The notes under the pieces: generated by a model
What the model saw: the letters and a program-made list of their open reading frames with translations, nothing else
Databases searched by the model: none
Told to the model about the DNA's origin: nothing
Translations under genes and position numbers: made by a program
Shown: positions 40,955 through 49,262 of the stretch, piece by piece
Layout: every line of letters starts with the position of its first letter
How positions within the stretch are numbered: position 1 is the first letter of the stretch
NCBI GenBank assembly: GCA_964643325.1
Contig: CAZXSE010000003.1
Span: 13,960 to 77,959 of the forward strand
DNA length: 64,000 nt
From: an uncultured Planctomycetales bacterium
GTDB taxonomy: Bacteria; Omnitrophota; Gorgyraeia; Zapsychrales; Fredricksoniimonadaceae
Direction of reading: 5' to 3'

Positions 40955-41680
40955 TTACTTCTTCGCCTCGGGCTTTGCCGCCGGAGCCGCTTTCGCGCCT
41001 GCCGCCGGGGCTGCTTCCGCATCCTTCGGCTTTTCCTTGATGACCTCGAGTTCCGGAGCCGCCGCTGCCGCGTCGGTCGCCGCCGCCGCTTCAACCTCGC
41101 GGGTCGCGAACACGAGCGTCACCACCGTAGCGCCCATATCCATCTTGGTGCGAACGCCCTGCGGTAATGCCAGGTCTTTCACGTGAATGGAAACATGCGT
41201 ATCCACGTTCGTCACGTCCACGTCCAGATGCGTCGGAATATCCTTCGGAAGACAGATGACCTCGAGCTCGCGGATCATATGCTCGAGCGTTGCGCCTTCC
41301 TTCTTGAGGCCGATCGCCGTGCCCTTAAGGATGATCGGGATCTTGATCGAAATTTCCTTGTCCATCGAGATGCGCAGGAAATCCAGGTGCGCGACCATGT
41401 CGCTGACCGGGTCATGCTGCGTATCCTTGAGCATGGCCATCAGGTCTCCCTGCTTCTTGCCGGCATCCATCACTTGCAAATGATAGATCGCGCTCGACGT
41501 TTCATAATGGCGGACAATGCGCTCAAAATCCTTGCGCGCCAGCTGAACGGACTGCGCTGCGCCGCCTTCGCCGTAAATAACAGCCGGGACAATGCCCTTC
41601 TTGCGCAGGCGGCACGACGGGCCGCTGCCTTTTACATTCCTTGCTTCAACGGTCAATTCGATCTGTTCCATATCCTTCAA
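40955..41680 (-). CDS. rplY: 50S ribosomal protein L25 / general stress protein Ctc
   Basis: LR..G.VPAVIYG N-terminal pattern and an Ala/Lys/Pro-rich C-terminal tail, 241 aa. Confidence 0.85.
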   Translation of the reverse strand: MKDMEQIELTVEARNVKGSGPSCRLRKKGIVPAVIYGEGGAAQSVQLARKDFERIVRHYETSSAIYHLQVMDAGKKQGDLMAMLKDTQHDPVSDMVAHLDFLRISMDKEISIKIPIILKGTAIGLKKEGATLEHMIRELEVICLPKDIPTHLDVDVTNVDTHVSIHVKDLALPQGVRTKMDMGATVVTLVFATREVEAAAATDAAAAAPELEVIKEKPKDAEAAPAAGAKAAPAAKPEAKK

Positions 41681-41692
41681 CCACCTTCTGCG

Positions 41693-42640
41693 TTAACGAT
41701 TAACATCGAACAGGCAACTGATAGACTGTTCGTTATGAATTCGCTTGATCGCCTCCGCCAACAGCGGCGCAACGGTCAATTGTTTGATCTTCGGGAAACG
41801 CTTGGCCTTTGCCAGCGGGATGCTATCAGAAATGACCAGCTCATCAAGCGCCTTGCAATCATTGAGCTTCTCGGCCGCGGAGCCTGACAGGACGCCGTGA
41901 CTGACGGCCGCGTAAACCTTCTCGACGCCCATCTCCTTGATGGCCTTGATCGCCTCGATCAGGGAGCCGCCCGTCGCCACCATATCATCGACGAGGATCG
42001 CGTTCTTACCCTTGACCTTGCCGAGGATATTCATGACCTCGGTCTCTTCCGGCGAATTGCGGCGCTTGTCGATGATGGCCAGCCCCGCGCCAAGGCGCTT
42101 GGCATAAGCGCGCGCCATGCGGATGCCGCCGACGTCGGGCGAAACCACGACAACATTTTTTAAATTCATCTGCTCAAAATATTCACAAATGGTGTTAATG
42201 GCATAAAGGTGATCAACGGGAATATCAAAGAAACCCTGGATCTGGCTGGCGTGCAGGTCCATGCACAGCACGCGATCAACGCCCGCGGCCGTGATCAGGT
42301 TCGCCACAAGCTTCGCCGTGATCGGCACGCGCGGCTGGTCCTTGCGGTCCTGGCGGGCATACCCGTAGAACGGCAATACCGCCGTGATGCGGTTGGCCGA
42401 GGCGCGCTTGGCCGCGTCGATCAGGATCAAGAGTTCCATCAAATTATCGTTCGTCGGAGGGCAGGTCGGCTGAACAATGAACACATCCTTGCCGCGCACA
42501 TTCGACACGATCTGAACGCGGATCTCACCCTCGCTGAAGCGGCCGCACATGACCTCTGAAAAAGGAATATCCAGGCACGTGCAGATCTTCTCCGCCAGTT
42601 CCTTGTGGGCATTGCCCGAAATAACGCAGATCTCACTCAT
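41693..42640 (-). CDS. prs: ribose-phosphate pyrophosphokinase
   Basis: YARQDRK motif and PRPP-binding loop ILVDDMVATGGS, 315 aa. Confidence 0.95.
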   Translation of the reverse strand: MSEICVISGNAHKELAEKICTCLDIPFSEVMCGRFSEGEIRVQIVSNVRGKDVFIVQPTCPPTNDNLMELLILIDAAKRASANRITAVLPFYGYARQDRKDQPRVPITAKLVANLITAAGVDRVLCMDLHASQIQGFFDIPVDHLYAINTICEYFEQMNLKNVVVVSPDVGGIRMARAYAKRLGAGLAIIDKRRNSPEETEVMNILGKVKGKNAILVDDMVATGGSLIEAIKAIKEMGVEKVYAAVSHGVLSGSAAEKLNDCKALDELVISDSIPLAKAKRFPKIKQLTVAPLLAEAIKRIHNEQSISCLFDVNR

Positions 42641-42641
42641 A

Positions 42642-43898
42642 TCATTTTACCTTCTTTATCACGCGGGCCGGAACCCCGACACCGACCATGCCGGCGGGAA
42701 TACTGCGGGAAGGGGTCACCACGCTACCCGCCCCTGCCACCGCGCCATCGCCCACCGTCACCGGCGCAACCAGAACCGCATCGCACCCGATAAAAGCCTT
42801 GCGGCCGATCTTTGTTTTATTCTTATTCTTTCCGTCGTAATTGGCGGTCACGGCGCCCGCGCCGATATTGGCGCATGCCCCGACCGTCGCATCACCCAGA
42901 AAACTCATATGTTTCATTGTCACGCCCGGCCCCAGCGCCGAACGGGAAACTTCCACGAAATTCCCGACCGTCACGCGATCCGCCAGCGTCGTGCCCTGCC
43001 TTAACCGCGCAAAAGGCCCGACGGAACAAGCACGGCCGATCCTGACCCCCGCGTGGATATACGTGCAGGGATAAATGACCGTGTCCTGCCCGATCACAAC
43101 ATTATCTTCTATATATGTTGTCGCGGGATCGATGATCGTGACCCCACCCGCCATGAACTTTGCCAGTATCTTCTCGCGCTTGATGCGTTCGGCCATGGCC
43201 AGTTCCGCACGGGTGTTAAGCCCGAGCTGAGCGCTCCAGTCCGATGTCACCAGCGCCCCCACTCTTCCGCCGCGCCCCAGAAAAAGCTCGACGGCATCGG
43301 TCAGGTAAAATTCTTTTTTCTTCGCGTTGCATTTGATATCACGGACCGCGTTAAAAATAGCGGCGGCATCAAAACAATAGACGCCGGTATTGATCTCGCG
43401 GACCATGACTTCTTCCGGGGAGCAGTCCTTCTGTTCACGGATCGCCGTGAACAACCCCTTCTTGTTACGAATAATGCGGCCATAACCAGAGGCATTATGC
43501 AACACGGTCGTCAACACCGTGCAAACATTCTTACTGCGGCGGTGCTGTGCGACAAGTTTACGGATGATCGCCTTGTCCAACAGCGGCGTATCTCCGCACA
43601 TGACAAGGACATCGCCCTTGAAACCCTTGAAATGCGGCGCGCAACAACGAAGCGCATGCGCGGTCCCGCGCTGGTCTGCCTGCAATACGGCCTGCGCTCT
43701 TGAGGCCACTGCCTTCGTCACTAGATCAGCCTTATGACCGACAACAACATATGTTCTCAAAGAACCCACAGCCTCGGCGACATCCAGGACATGGTCGACC
43801 AAAGGCCTTCCGGCCAGACGGTGCAGGACTTTGGGCGTTTGTGACTTGAACCGCTTGCCCTTGCCCGCCGCCAGGATGATCGTACGCAATTGAGCCAT
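42642..43898 (-). CDS. glmU: bifunctional GlcNAc-1-P uridyltransferase / GlcN-1-P acetyltransferase
   Basis: ORF trimmed to MAQLRTIILAAGKGKRFKS, which has SD GGAG 4 nt upstream. It has an N-terminal nucleotidyltransferase domain and C-terminal hexapeptide repeats. Confidence 0.9.
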   Translation of the reverse strand: MAQLRTIILAAGKGKRFKSQTPKVLHRLAGRPLVDHVLDVAEAVGSLRTYVVVGHKADLVTKAVASRAQAVLQADQRGTAHALRCCAPHFKGFKGDVLVMCGDTPLLDKAIIRKLVAQHRRSKNVCTVLTTVLHNASGYGRIIRNKKGLFTAIREQKDCSPEEVMVREINTGVYCFDAAAIFNAVRDIKCNAKKKEFYLTDAVELFLGRGGRVGALVTSDWSAQLGLNTRAELAMAERIKREKILAKFMAGGVTIIDPATTYIEDNVVIGQDTVIYPCTYIHAGVRIGRACSVGPFARLRQGTTLADRVTVGNFVEVSRSALGPGVTMKHMSFLGDATVGACANIGAGAVTANYDGKNKNKTKIGRKAFIGCDAVLVAPVTVGDGAVAGAGSVVTPSRSIPAGMVGVGVPARVIKKVK

Positions 43899-43988
43899 AA
43901 CACTCCAGCGCTGTTCTCCGTCGGAAAAATATCCGGACACCCGGTAAAAAATACGCCCGCGAAAAGCAGTTTTCCCAACGGAGCGGTT

Positions 43989-44017
43989 AGTATATCCCAC
44001 GCCCTATTTTTCGTCAA
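43989..44017 (-). promoter_or_regulatory. sigma70-like promoter for glmU-prs... (TTGACG-17-TATACT)
   Basis: On the minus strand, TTGACG is at 44017-44012, the spacer is 17 nt and TATACT is at 43994-43989. An AT-rich UP-like tract lies upstream. The promoter leaves a leader of about 85-90 nt that contains small hairpins. Confidence 0.5.
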
Positions 44018-44173
44018 GTTCAAATATATTAGGGAAAAGGGGGCGGACAAAATATCCAAAAAGACCTGGATTCTGACTAAGATGCGGGAGCCATCCCACT
44101 GCAGGATAGGTATCTCTATATTACTATTACTTGGCCCTTGAAAGAATCCTTTCAAGGGCAGCCATTTGGTCTC

Positions 44174-44218
44174 ATAAAAGCGAAAAACCCTCTCCCATAC
44201 GGGATAAGGGTTTTTCGC
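44174..44218 (-). terminator. Rho-independent terminator downstream of tRNA-Gln
   Basis: On the minus strand, the 12-bp stem GCGAAAAACCCT/AGGGTTTTTCGC (with a nested CCC-GTAT-GGG) is followed by TTTTAT. Confidence 0.7.
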
Positions 44219-44231
44219 TCTATGGAACAAA

Positions 44232-44305
44232 TGGCTGCCCGGCTAGGATTCGAACCTAGAAACTCAGAACCAAAATCTGATGTGTTACCATTACACTACC
44301 GGGCA
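44232..44305 (-). tRNA. tRNA-Gln (anticodon TTG), CCA encoded
   Basis: Manual cloverleaf. The 7-bp acceptor is TGCCCGG/CCGGGCA (U1:A72, discriminator G). The D stem is GTGT/ACAC. The anticodon stem TCAGA/TCTGA carries loop TTTTGGT. The T arm is CTAGG-TTCGAAT-CCTAG. Total length 74 nt. Confidence 0.95.
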
Positions 44306-44325
44306 ATGTACCACAATACTTTTCA

Positions 44326-44385
44326 GAACATCATTGCCCAAGTCCTGAGGCGTTACCGCCGAAGGGCCGGGCAATCTACCACAAT
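44326..44385 (-). other. degenerate duplicate of the tRNA-Gln 5' half plus its 12-nt leader
   Basis: The 19-mer CCGGGCAAT(G/C)TACCACAAT occurs at 44299-44317 and at 44367-44385. The upstream copy continues TGCCCGG-N9-GGTAAC-GC-CTCAG..TTGG, against the tRNA's TGCCCGG-N9-GGTAAC-AC-ATCAG..TTGG. Confidence 0.6.
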
Positions 44386-45260
44386 TATTTGGTACAAACC
44401 GCGAAGCTCTGCGGATATGCTTTGCTAAAGATCTTTTTAAGCCGCTCGGCATCTTTTCGGGTACCAACGACCGCAAAGATCGACGGGCCGCTGCCGGAAA
44501 ATGATACACCCAGCACGCCCTGGCCTGCCACGCGCGCTTTCAACTTCCCCAAATTCGGCTTCAACGCCAGGATCGGCGCTTCAAGGTCATTGAAAAGTCC
44601 GGCGCCAACACCCGCCGGATCATGCTTTCTTAAAGAACGAAGAATGATATTAACATCCCCGTCGGGCCTTGTCAAACGCGCGCGCCGCGGCGCATAACAG
44701 GCGTAAACATCTTTGGTCAAAAGCGGCGCTTTCGCCACAACAAGAAAATGCCAGAGCTTCGTTGTACACGCCAGCGGTCTGATCTTCTCGCCGCGGCCCG
44801 TGCCAACCGCAAAAGGCGCATCATGCAAGAAAAACGCCACATCACTGCCCAATTTATTGGCATAAGCGATCAGGCGTTCGCGCGACAGTTTCAAACGCCA
44901 AAGCCTGTTCAATCCAACAAGCGCGGCCGCCGCATTGCTCGACCCGCCCGCAAGCCCCGCCGCCACCGGGATACGCTTGGTGATCGTGATCCGCGCGCCC
45001 TTTATAACGCGCTCGCCATCCTGAAGCATGGCCGCGGCTTTCCAAACGAGATTCCGATCGTCGCGCGGTACACGCCTGTCATCGCACGCGATGCTGAGTT
45101 TTCCATCCGGCGCCGACGCAAAGGCCATATCATCATGAAGATCGATCCTCTCAAAGAGCGTCACAAGCTCATGGAACCCGTCGGGCCGCTTGCCAACGAT
45201 CCTGAGCGCGAGATTTAATTTGGCATAAGAACGAACCGTGAACGGTGCCATTAGCATCAC
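44385..45260 (-). CDS. ispE: 4-diphosphocytidyl-2-C-methyl-D-erythritol kinase
   Basis: KLNLALRIVGKRPDGFHEL N-terminal motif and GHMP kinase motif PVAAGLAGGSSNAAA. Confidence 0.9.
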   Translation of the reverse strand: MMLMAPFTVRSYAKLNLALRIVGKRPDGFHELVTLFERIDLHDDMAFASAPDGKLSIACDDRRVPRDDRNLVWKAAAMLQDGERVIKGARITITKRIPVAAGLAGGSSNAAAALVGLNRLWRLKLSRERLIAYANKLGSDVAFFLHDAPFAVGTGRGEKIRPLACTTKLWHFLVVAKAPLLTKDVYACYAPRRARLTRPDGDVNIILRSLRKHDPAGVGAGLFNDLEAPILALKPNLGKLKARVAGQGVLGVSFSGSGPSIFAVVGTRKDAERLKKIFSKAYPQSFAVCTK

Positions 45261-46228
45261 TTCTTTCTCAAAGTGTTCTCGGCCTGTTTGATCTTGGACG
45301 CAACATCCAACATGGCCGCATCAAGGGCAGCGGCCCTGCGCCAGGCCTCCAGCGCCAGGTCCATGCTACCCATCTTCGCGTGGACATCGCCAATGTGGTC
45401 AAAGATCACAGGGTCCTTCTCCATGGCCTGCGCCCGATCAAGCAATTCCAGCGCCTGCGTGAACTGCCCTTCCTTATAATATACCCATCCCAGGCTGTCG
45501 AGATACGCCGGATTGTCCGGATCGACGAGGAGGGCGCGCTTAAGCATCTCTTCCGCCCGCTCCAAGGATACCCCATCCTCGGCGTAAGCATATCCCAGGG
45601 CATTGAGGCAGTCCGCATATCCAGGGTCCAGGGCAACACAGCGTTCCAGGAGTCCGACGCCCTCCGCACGGCCAGAGCCGCGAAGATATGAAGACCCCAC
45701 CAGCAGCAATGCGTCCGTATTCTGCGGCTGGATCTGCAGCAGCGCCTCAAGCTGCGCCAGCGCCTCGGCATCCTTTCCCGCGGAATAATAAAAATGCGAG
45801 AGCGCAAAACGGGGCTTGATATCCTGGGGATCGCGCGCGATCTGCACATGAAGGACCTGCTCGTATTCCCTGGCCGCGCTATCAAAGTCCCTGGCCGCGG
45901 AATACGCGAGGACCAGCAGATACCTTGGTTCAAGTTCGTCGGGTTTAAGGCGCAGCGCCGCAGAAAGGGCCTTGACCGCGGTCGGCGCGTCGCCCGCGCC
46001 GGTGCTCACTGCCCCGAGGCGCAGGTACGCCGGAAATGAAGAAGGATCGGCTGTGACCGCTGCCCGGTATTCACCAGCAGCGTCCTGCAACCGATCCTCA
46101 TATTCATAAGAGACGCCCATGATGTAATGGGCCAGGCCTTTGGCCGCGTCAGCGCGGGCAACAGCCGCCGGGGCCAGCGCAAACCCCGCCGCGATGAACA
46201 TGGCCATGAAGCGTCTCATAAACAACAA
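45257..46228 (-). CDS. secreted tetratricopeptide (TPR) repeat protein
   Basis: Signal peptide MRRFMAMFIAAGFALAPAAVARA followed by repeated TPR-like A..Y......P....A...LG helices. Confidence 0.75.
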   Translation of the reverse strand: MLFMRRFMAMFIAAGFALAPAAVARADAAKGLAHYIMGVSYEYEDRLQDAAGEYRAAVTADPSSFPAYLRLGAVSTGAGDAPTAVKALSAALRLKPDELEPRYLLVLAYSAARDFDSAAREYEQVLHVQIARDPQDIKPRFALSHFYYSAGKDAEALAQLEALLQIQPQNTDALLLVGSSYLRGSGRAEGVGLLERCVALDPGYADCLNALGYAYAEDGVSLERAEEMLKRALLVDPDNPAYLDSLGWVYYKEGQFTQALELLDRAQAMEKDPVIFDHIGDVHAKMGSMDLALEAWRRAAALDAAMLDVASKIKQAENTLRKK

Positions 46229-46231
46229 GGA

Positions 46232-46334
46232 CTTAGCGCGTCTCTCTCTTCTTGAGATGGCGAAGGGCCTTGCGCAGTTTCTTGCGTTTGTGGGTCTTGA
46301 TCTTTCTAAGTTTTCTTTTTCTTCCGCACGGCAT
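46232..46334 (-). pseudogene. tiny Lys/Arg-rich protein (bS22 / AURKAIP1-COX24-like), interrupted by a +1 frameshift in an A-run
   Basis: ATG at 46334 has SD AGGA 7 nt upstream and reads MPCGRKKKT-stop. One frame over, the text continues ...KRKLRKIKTHKRKKLRKALRHLKKRETR-stop at 46232. Removing one A from GGAAAAAGAAAAC gives a 33-aa ORF. Confidence 0.6.
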
Positions 46335-46356
46335 AAGTTTGTCCTGTCCTTGTTGA

Positions 46357-47247
46357 TTAAACGATGAGCTTGTTCAACGAATATTCGATGATCCCCTGAG
46401 CGCCGGCATCCTTGAGGGCCGGGATGATCGAGCGCACAATGCCTTCCTCGATCACAGTCTCAACGGCAACCCAGCCGTCCTGCGCCAGCGGCGCGACCGT
46501 CGGGTTCTGCAAGGCCGGCAACTTGCCGAGGAGTTTCTTTAAATTCTTGATCTCGACATTGAGCTTAAGGCCCACCATATTATTGGCCGCGAGCGCCCCC
46601 TTCAGGAGCATGATGACCTGGTCCATCTTCTTGCGCTTCCAGCTGTCTTTGGCCGAGGACCTGTTCGCGATGAACTGCGTCGATGATTCGCACAGCGTTT
46701 CCACGATACGCAATTTATTGGCGCGCAAACTGCTGCCCGTCTCGGTCAGTTCCACGATGGCATCGACCAGGCCCGAGGCGACCTTAGCTTCCGTCGCGCC
46801 CCAGCTGAACTCAACATCCGCCTTGACCTTGTTCTTGGCAAGATACCTCTTCGTAATGCCGACGACCTCGGTGGCAATGCGCTTGCCGGCAAGGCCTTTG
46901 ACCGAGCGGATCTTCGAATCTTCAGGCACAGCCAGGACCCAACGCACCTTGTTGGTCGTGGCCTTGGAATACTGCAGTTCCGTGAGCGTATCCACCTTGG
47001 ACCCGTTCTCCGCGACCCAGTCCGCGCCCGTGATGCCGCAGTCGAGCGTCCCGTCCTCAACATAGCGGGACATCTCCTGCGCGCGCAACAGGACCGGCTT
47101 GATCTCCACATCATCAATGTGCGGAAAATAGGAACGGCTGGAAACGACCAGCTTGTAGCCGGCCTTCTCAAAAAGCGCGACGGTGGCGTCCTGCAAGCTT
47201 CCTTTGGGCAGGCCCAGTTTCAATATCGGCATATCTTTGTCTTTCAT
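46357..47247 (-). CDS. hisG: ATP phosphoribosyltransferase (long form)
   Basis: [11 protein letters not shown]-terminus, D.GITG.D motif and a C-terminal regulatory domain, 296 aa. Confidence 0.9.
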   Translation of the reverse strand: MKDKDMPILKLGLPKGSLQDATVALFEKAGYKLVVSSRSYFPHIDDVEIKPVLLRAQEMSRYVEDGTLDCGITGADWVAENGSKVDTLTELQYSKATTNKVRWVLAVPEDSKIRSVKGLAGKRIATEVVGITKRYLAKNKVKADVEFSWGATEAKVASGLVDAIVELTETGSSLRANKLRIVETLCESSTQFIANRSSAKDSWKRKKMDQVIMLLKGALAANNMVGLKLNVEIKNLKKLLGKLPALQNPTVAPLAQDGWVAVETVIEEGIVRSIIPALKDAGAQGIIEYSLNKLIV

Positions 47248-47275
47248 AGGTGCATATTTCCTTTACGAGGGGGTT

Positions 47276-47305
47276 ATTATAACCAGATGTCAGAAAAAAT
47301 GTAAA
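47276..47305 (-). promoter_or_regulatory. sigma70-like promoter for hisG (TTTACA-18-TATAAT)
   Basis: On the minus strand, TTTACA is at 47305-47300, the spacer is 18 nt and TATAAT is at 47281-47276. Confidence 0.45.
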
Positions 47306-47360
47306 GAAGAAATCTTCTTCATGTGAACGCGTCGTGCCGGGAACTGCTTTCAAAAAACAC

Positions 47361-47389
47361 TTCCCAAACATCCCGGCTCTCTCTATAAT
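47361..47389 (+). promoter_or_regulatory. candidate promoter for the PpiD-like gene (TTCCCA-17-TATAAT)
   Basis: A perfect -10 TATAAT is at 47384-47389 and a weak -35 at 47361-47366. SD AAGGAG is at 47416-47421 and the ATG at 47429. Confidence 0.35.
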
Positions 47390-47428
47390 TCCCCCATTGC
47401 TTTTAACCAGCCATCAAGGAGTTCTCTC

Positions 47429-48922
47429 ATGCTGCGAATTTTCCGTCACAAAGGCATTACCCGGAAAGTCCTGTGGGTCGTCGCGGGTCTGATCATCGTT
47501 TCTTTTGCCTTGAGCATGGGCGTTTCGCAATACACCGGCACGTTCAGCCTCAGCCAGACGGCAGGCAAGGTTTTCGGCAAGGCCGTATCGCTCAAGGAAT
47601 ATCAGCGCAACTTCCAGAACGCCCAGGACCAGGCCATCATGATGCACGGCTCCAATGCCAGCAGGTTCCTCGCCGTGATGGACATGGACAATGAAACATG
47701 GACACGCATCATCCTGCTCAAGGCAGCCGAAGCTCGCGGCATCAAGGCCATGGATGCCGAGGTCGTGCAATACATTGCCTCGATCCCGTTCTTCCAGCGC
47801 AACGGAGAGTTTGACAAGCGCCTTTATGCCGGCATGGCCCGCAATGTTTTCCACCGCGAGGCGCGGGACTTCGAAGAAGGGCTTCGCGACCAGATCAAGA
47901 TCATGAAACTTTTCGCGCCGCACCTGCAATCCATCACCTTCACCGACGAACAAGTGCGCACCGAATACGAGCGCCGCAACCAAAAGATGCAGGTCAGCTA
48001 CATGCTCATCGCGCCTGAGGACTTTGCCAAAGACATTATCGTCACCGAGGCAGAATTGAGAACATATTACGACACCCGCAGTGACGAGCTGCGCGAACCG
48101 CAAACGGTCAACGCCGTGATCATCACGGTGCCGGCCGCGGAGAACGACCAGGAAGGCGCATTCGCCCTGGCCCAACAGGCGCATGATGCGCTGACCGCCG
48201 GCACTGACCCGGCCGCGGCTGCGAAAGCCGTTGGCGCGACAATTACGGAAACGGGCTTTTTCGACATGAACAATCCGCCTGCGGCCCTGACCGGATCGTT
48301 CGAACTCCTGCAGCAGATCTTCATGGCCGGCAAAGGCGATGTCCTGCCTGTCCAGGGAACAGACAAGGGGCTTCAGGTCATCAAGATCATCGCCCAGAAT
48401 CCGTCATTCACGCCGGAATTCGCCAGGATCAAGGACAAAGTAAAGAGTGCTCTTGTCCAGGAAAAAGCCATCGCGGCGGCATCCGCAAAAGCGGCTGAAC
48501 TTCAAAAAACGCTGGCCGATAAAATAAAAACCGGCGCTGATCTGGCCGCGGCTGCCAAAGAGCTCGGCCTCACCGTCAAACAAACTCCCTTCTTCGGGCT
48601 CGGCGAATATGTGCCCGAGATCGGATTATCCGACGACTTCACGGCAGCCGCCTTCAAGCTGAGCAAGGACAACCGCTTGAGCGAGGCTGTTCTTACCGCG
48701 CGCGGCCCGGCCATCCTCTACTGGCTGGCGACACAGCCGGTCGATGAGCAGAAATTTACCGAGACCAAAGAGGATTTCAAAGGAACGCTTTACGCGCAGG
48801 AGCGCGTGCGCGTGATGAACGAGGTCATCCGTTCTGTGCGCGAACAGGCCAAACTTGAGAATTATATTGAGAAGATCGGCAACAGCCAAAAGAACGCGAT
48901 GGAAAAGTTGCGGGTCAAATAA
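47429..48922 (+). CDS. PpiD/SurA-like periplasmic chaperone (membrane-anchored, parvulin-like domain probably degenerate)
   Basis: The N-terminal TM is KVLWVVAGLIIVSFALSMG, followed by a SurA_N-like region. The overall layout matches PpiD. The ORF is longer than the antisense ORF 47414..48184 and has a strong SD. Confidence 0.7.
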   Translation: MLRIFRHKGITRKVLWVVAGLIIVSFALSMGVSQYTGTFSLSQTAGKVFGKAVSLKEYQRNFQNAQDQAIMMHGSNASRFLAVMDMDNETWTRIILLKAAEARGIKAMDAEVVQYIASIPFFQRNGEFDKRLYAGMARNVFHREARDFEEGLRDQIKIMKLFAPHLQSITFTDEQVRTEYERRNQKMQVSYMLIAPEDFAKDIIVTEAELRTYYDTRSDELREPQTVNAVIITVPAAENDQEGAFALAQQAHDALTAGTDPAAAAKAVGATITETGFFDMNNPPAALTGSFELLQQIFMAGKGDVLPVQGTDKGLQVIKIIAQNPSFTPEFARIKDKVKSALVQEKAIAAASAKAAELQKTLADKIKTGADLAAAAKELGLTVKQTPFFGLGEYVPEIGLSDDFTAAAFKLSKDNRLSEAVLTARGPAILYWLATQPVDEQKFTETKEDFKGTLYAQERVRVMNEVIRSVREQAKLENYIEKIGNSQKNAMEKLRVK

Positions 48923-48939
48923 AGTCTAGCAGTGCGGCG

Positions 48940-49254
48940 TTACTGCGTGCTTTGCTCCAGCCAGTCCAAATAAGCCTGGCTGCCTGCCGTGACGGGAAGG
49001 GCGATGATCTCTGGCGTCGTATAGCTGTGCAAGCGTCGGATCTCGGCTTCCAACCCACCGAACAATGAACGGCGTGTTTTGATCATCAGCAGGGTTTCAG
49101 CCCCCTGCTCGACCTTGCCTTCCCAGCGATAGATCGATGTGACACCTTTAACAATGTTGCAGCACGCGGCCAGTTTCTTCTCAACAAGAGCTCGCGCGAT
49201 CGTTGCCGCTTCAGCCTCATCCTTCGCCGTCACCAGCACAACGATATATTCCAT
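48940..49254 (-). CDS. cutA: divalent-cation tolerance protein CutA
   Basis: ORF trimmed to MEYIVVLVTAKDEAEAATIARALVEKKLAACCNI....SIYRWEGKVE, the typical CutA1 pattern, 104 aa. Confidence 0.85.
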   Translation of the reverse strand: MEYIVVLVTAKDEAEAATIARALVEKKLAACCNIVKGVTSIYRWEGKVEQGAETLLMIKTRRSLFGGLEAEIRRLHSYTTPEIIALPVTAGSQAYLDWLEQSTQ

Positions 49255-49262
49255 ACCTGCTC

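Noticed and set aside
43757-44230. A 157-aa minus-strand ORF spanning the AT-rich tRNA-glmU spacer.
   Set aside because: It runs through a terminator hairpin, a palindrome and the glmU promoter, then continues out of frame over the glmU N-terminus. It has no SD and an odd composition.
43899-44384. A possible integrated element, integrase or small ncRNA (6S, SRP, tmRNA) next to tRNA-Gln.
   Set aside because: No integrase or foreign ORFs flank the tRNA. The spacer is explained by a terminator, a palindrome, UP-like AT-rich DNA and the glmU promoter and leader. I saw no conserved SRP, tmRNA or RNase P motifs.
47244-47255. A three-codon mini-ORF (Met-His-Leu-stop) whose TGA overlaps the hisG ATG, considered as a possible his-type leader peptide.
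   Set aside because: A single His codon with no terminator/antiterminator alternative is not a his attenuator. This is most likely chance, or at best simple translational coupling.
47414-48184. A 256-aa minus-strand ORF overlapping the start of the PpiD-like gene.
   Set aside because: The plus-strand ORF is twice as long, has a strong SD, a TM anchor and a recognisable chaperone layout. The minus-strand translation is low-complexity with no family features.
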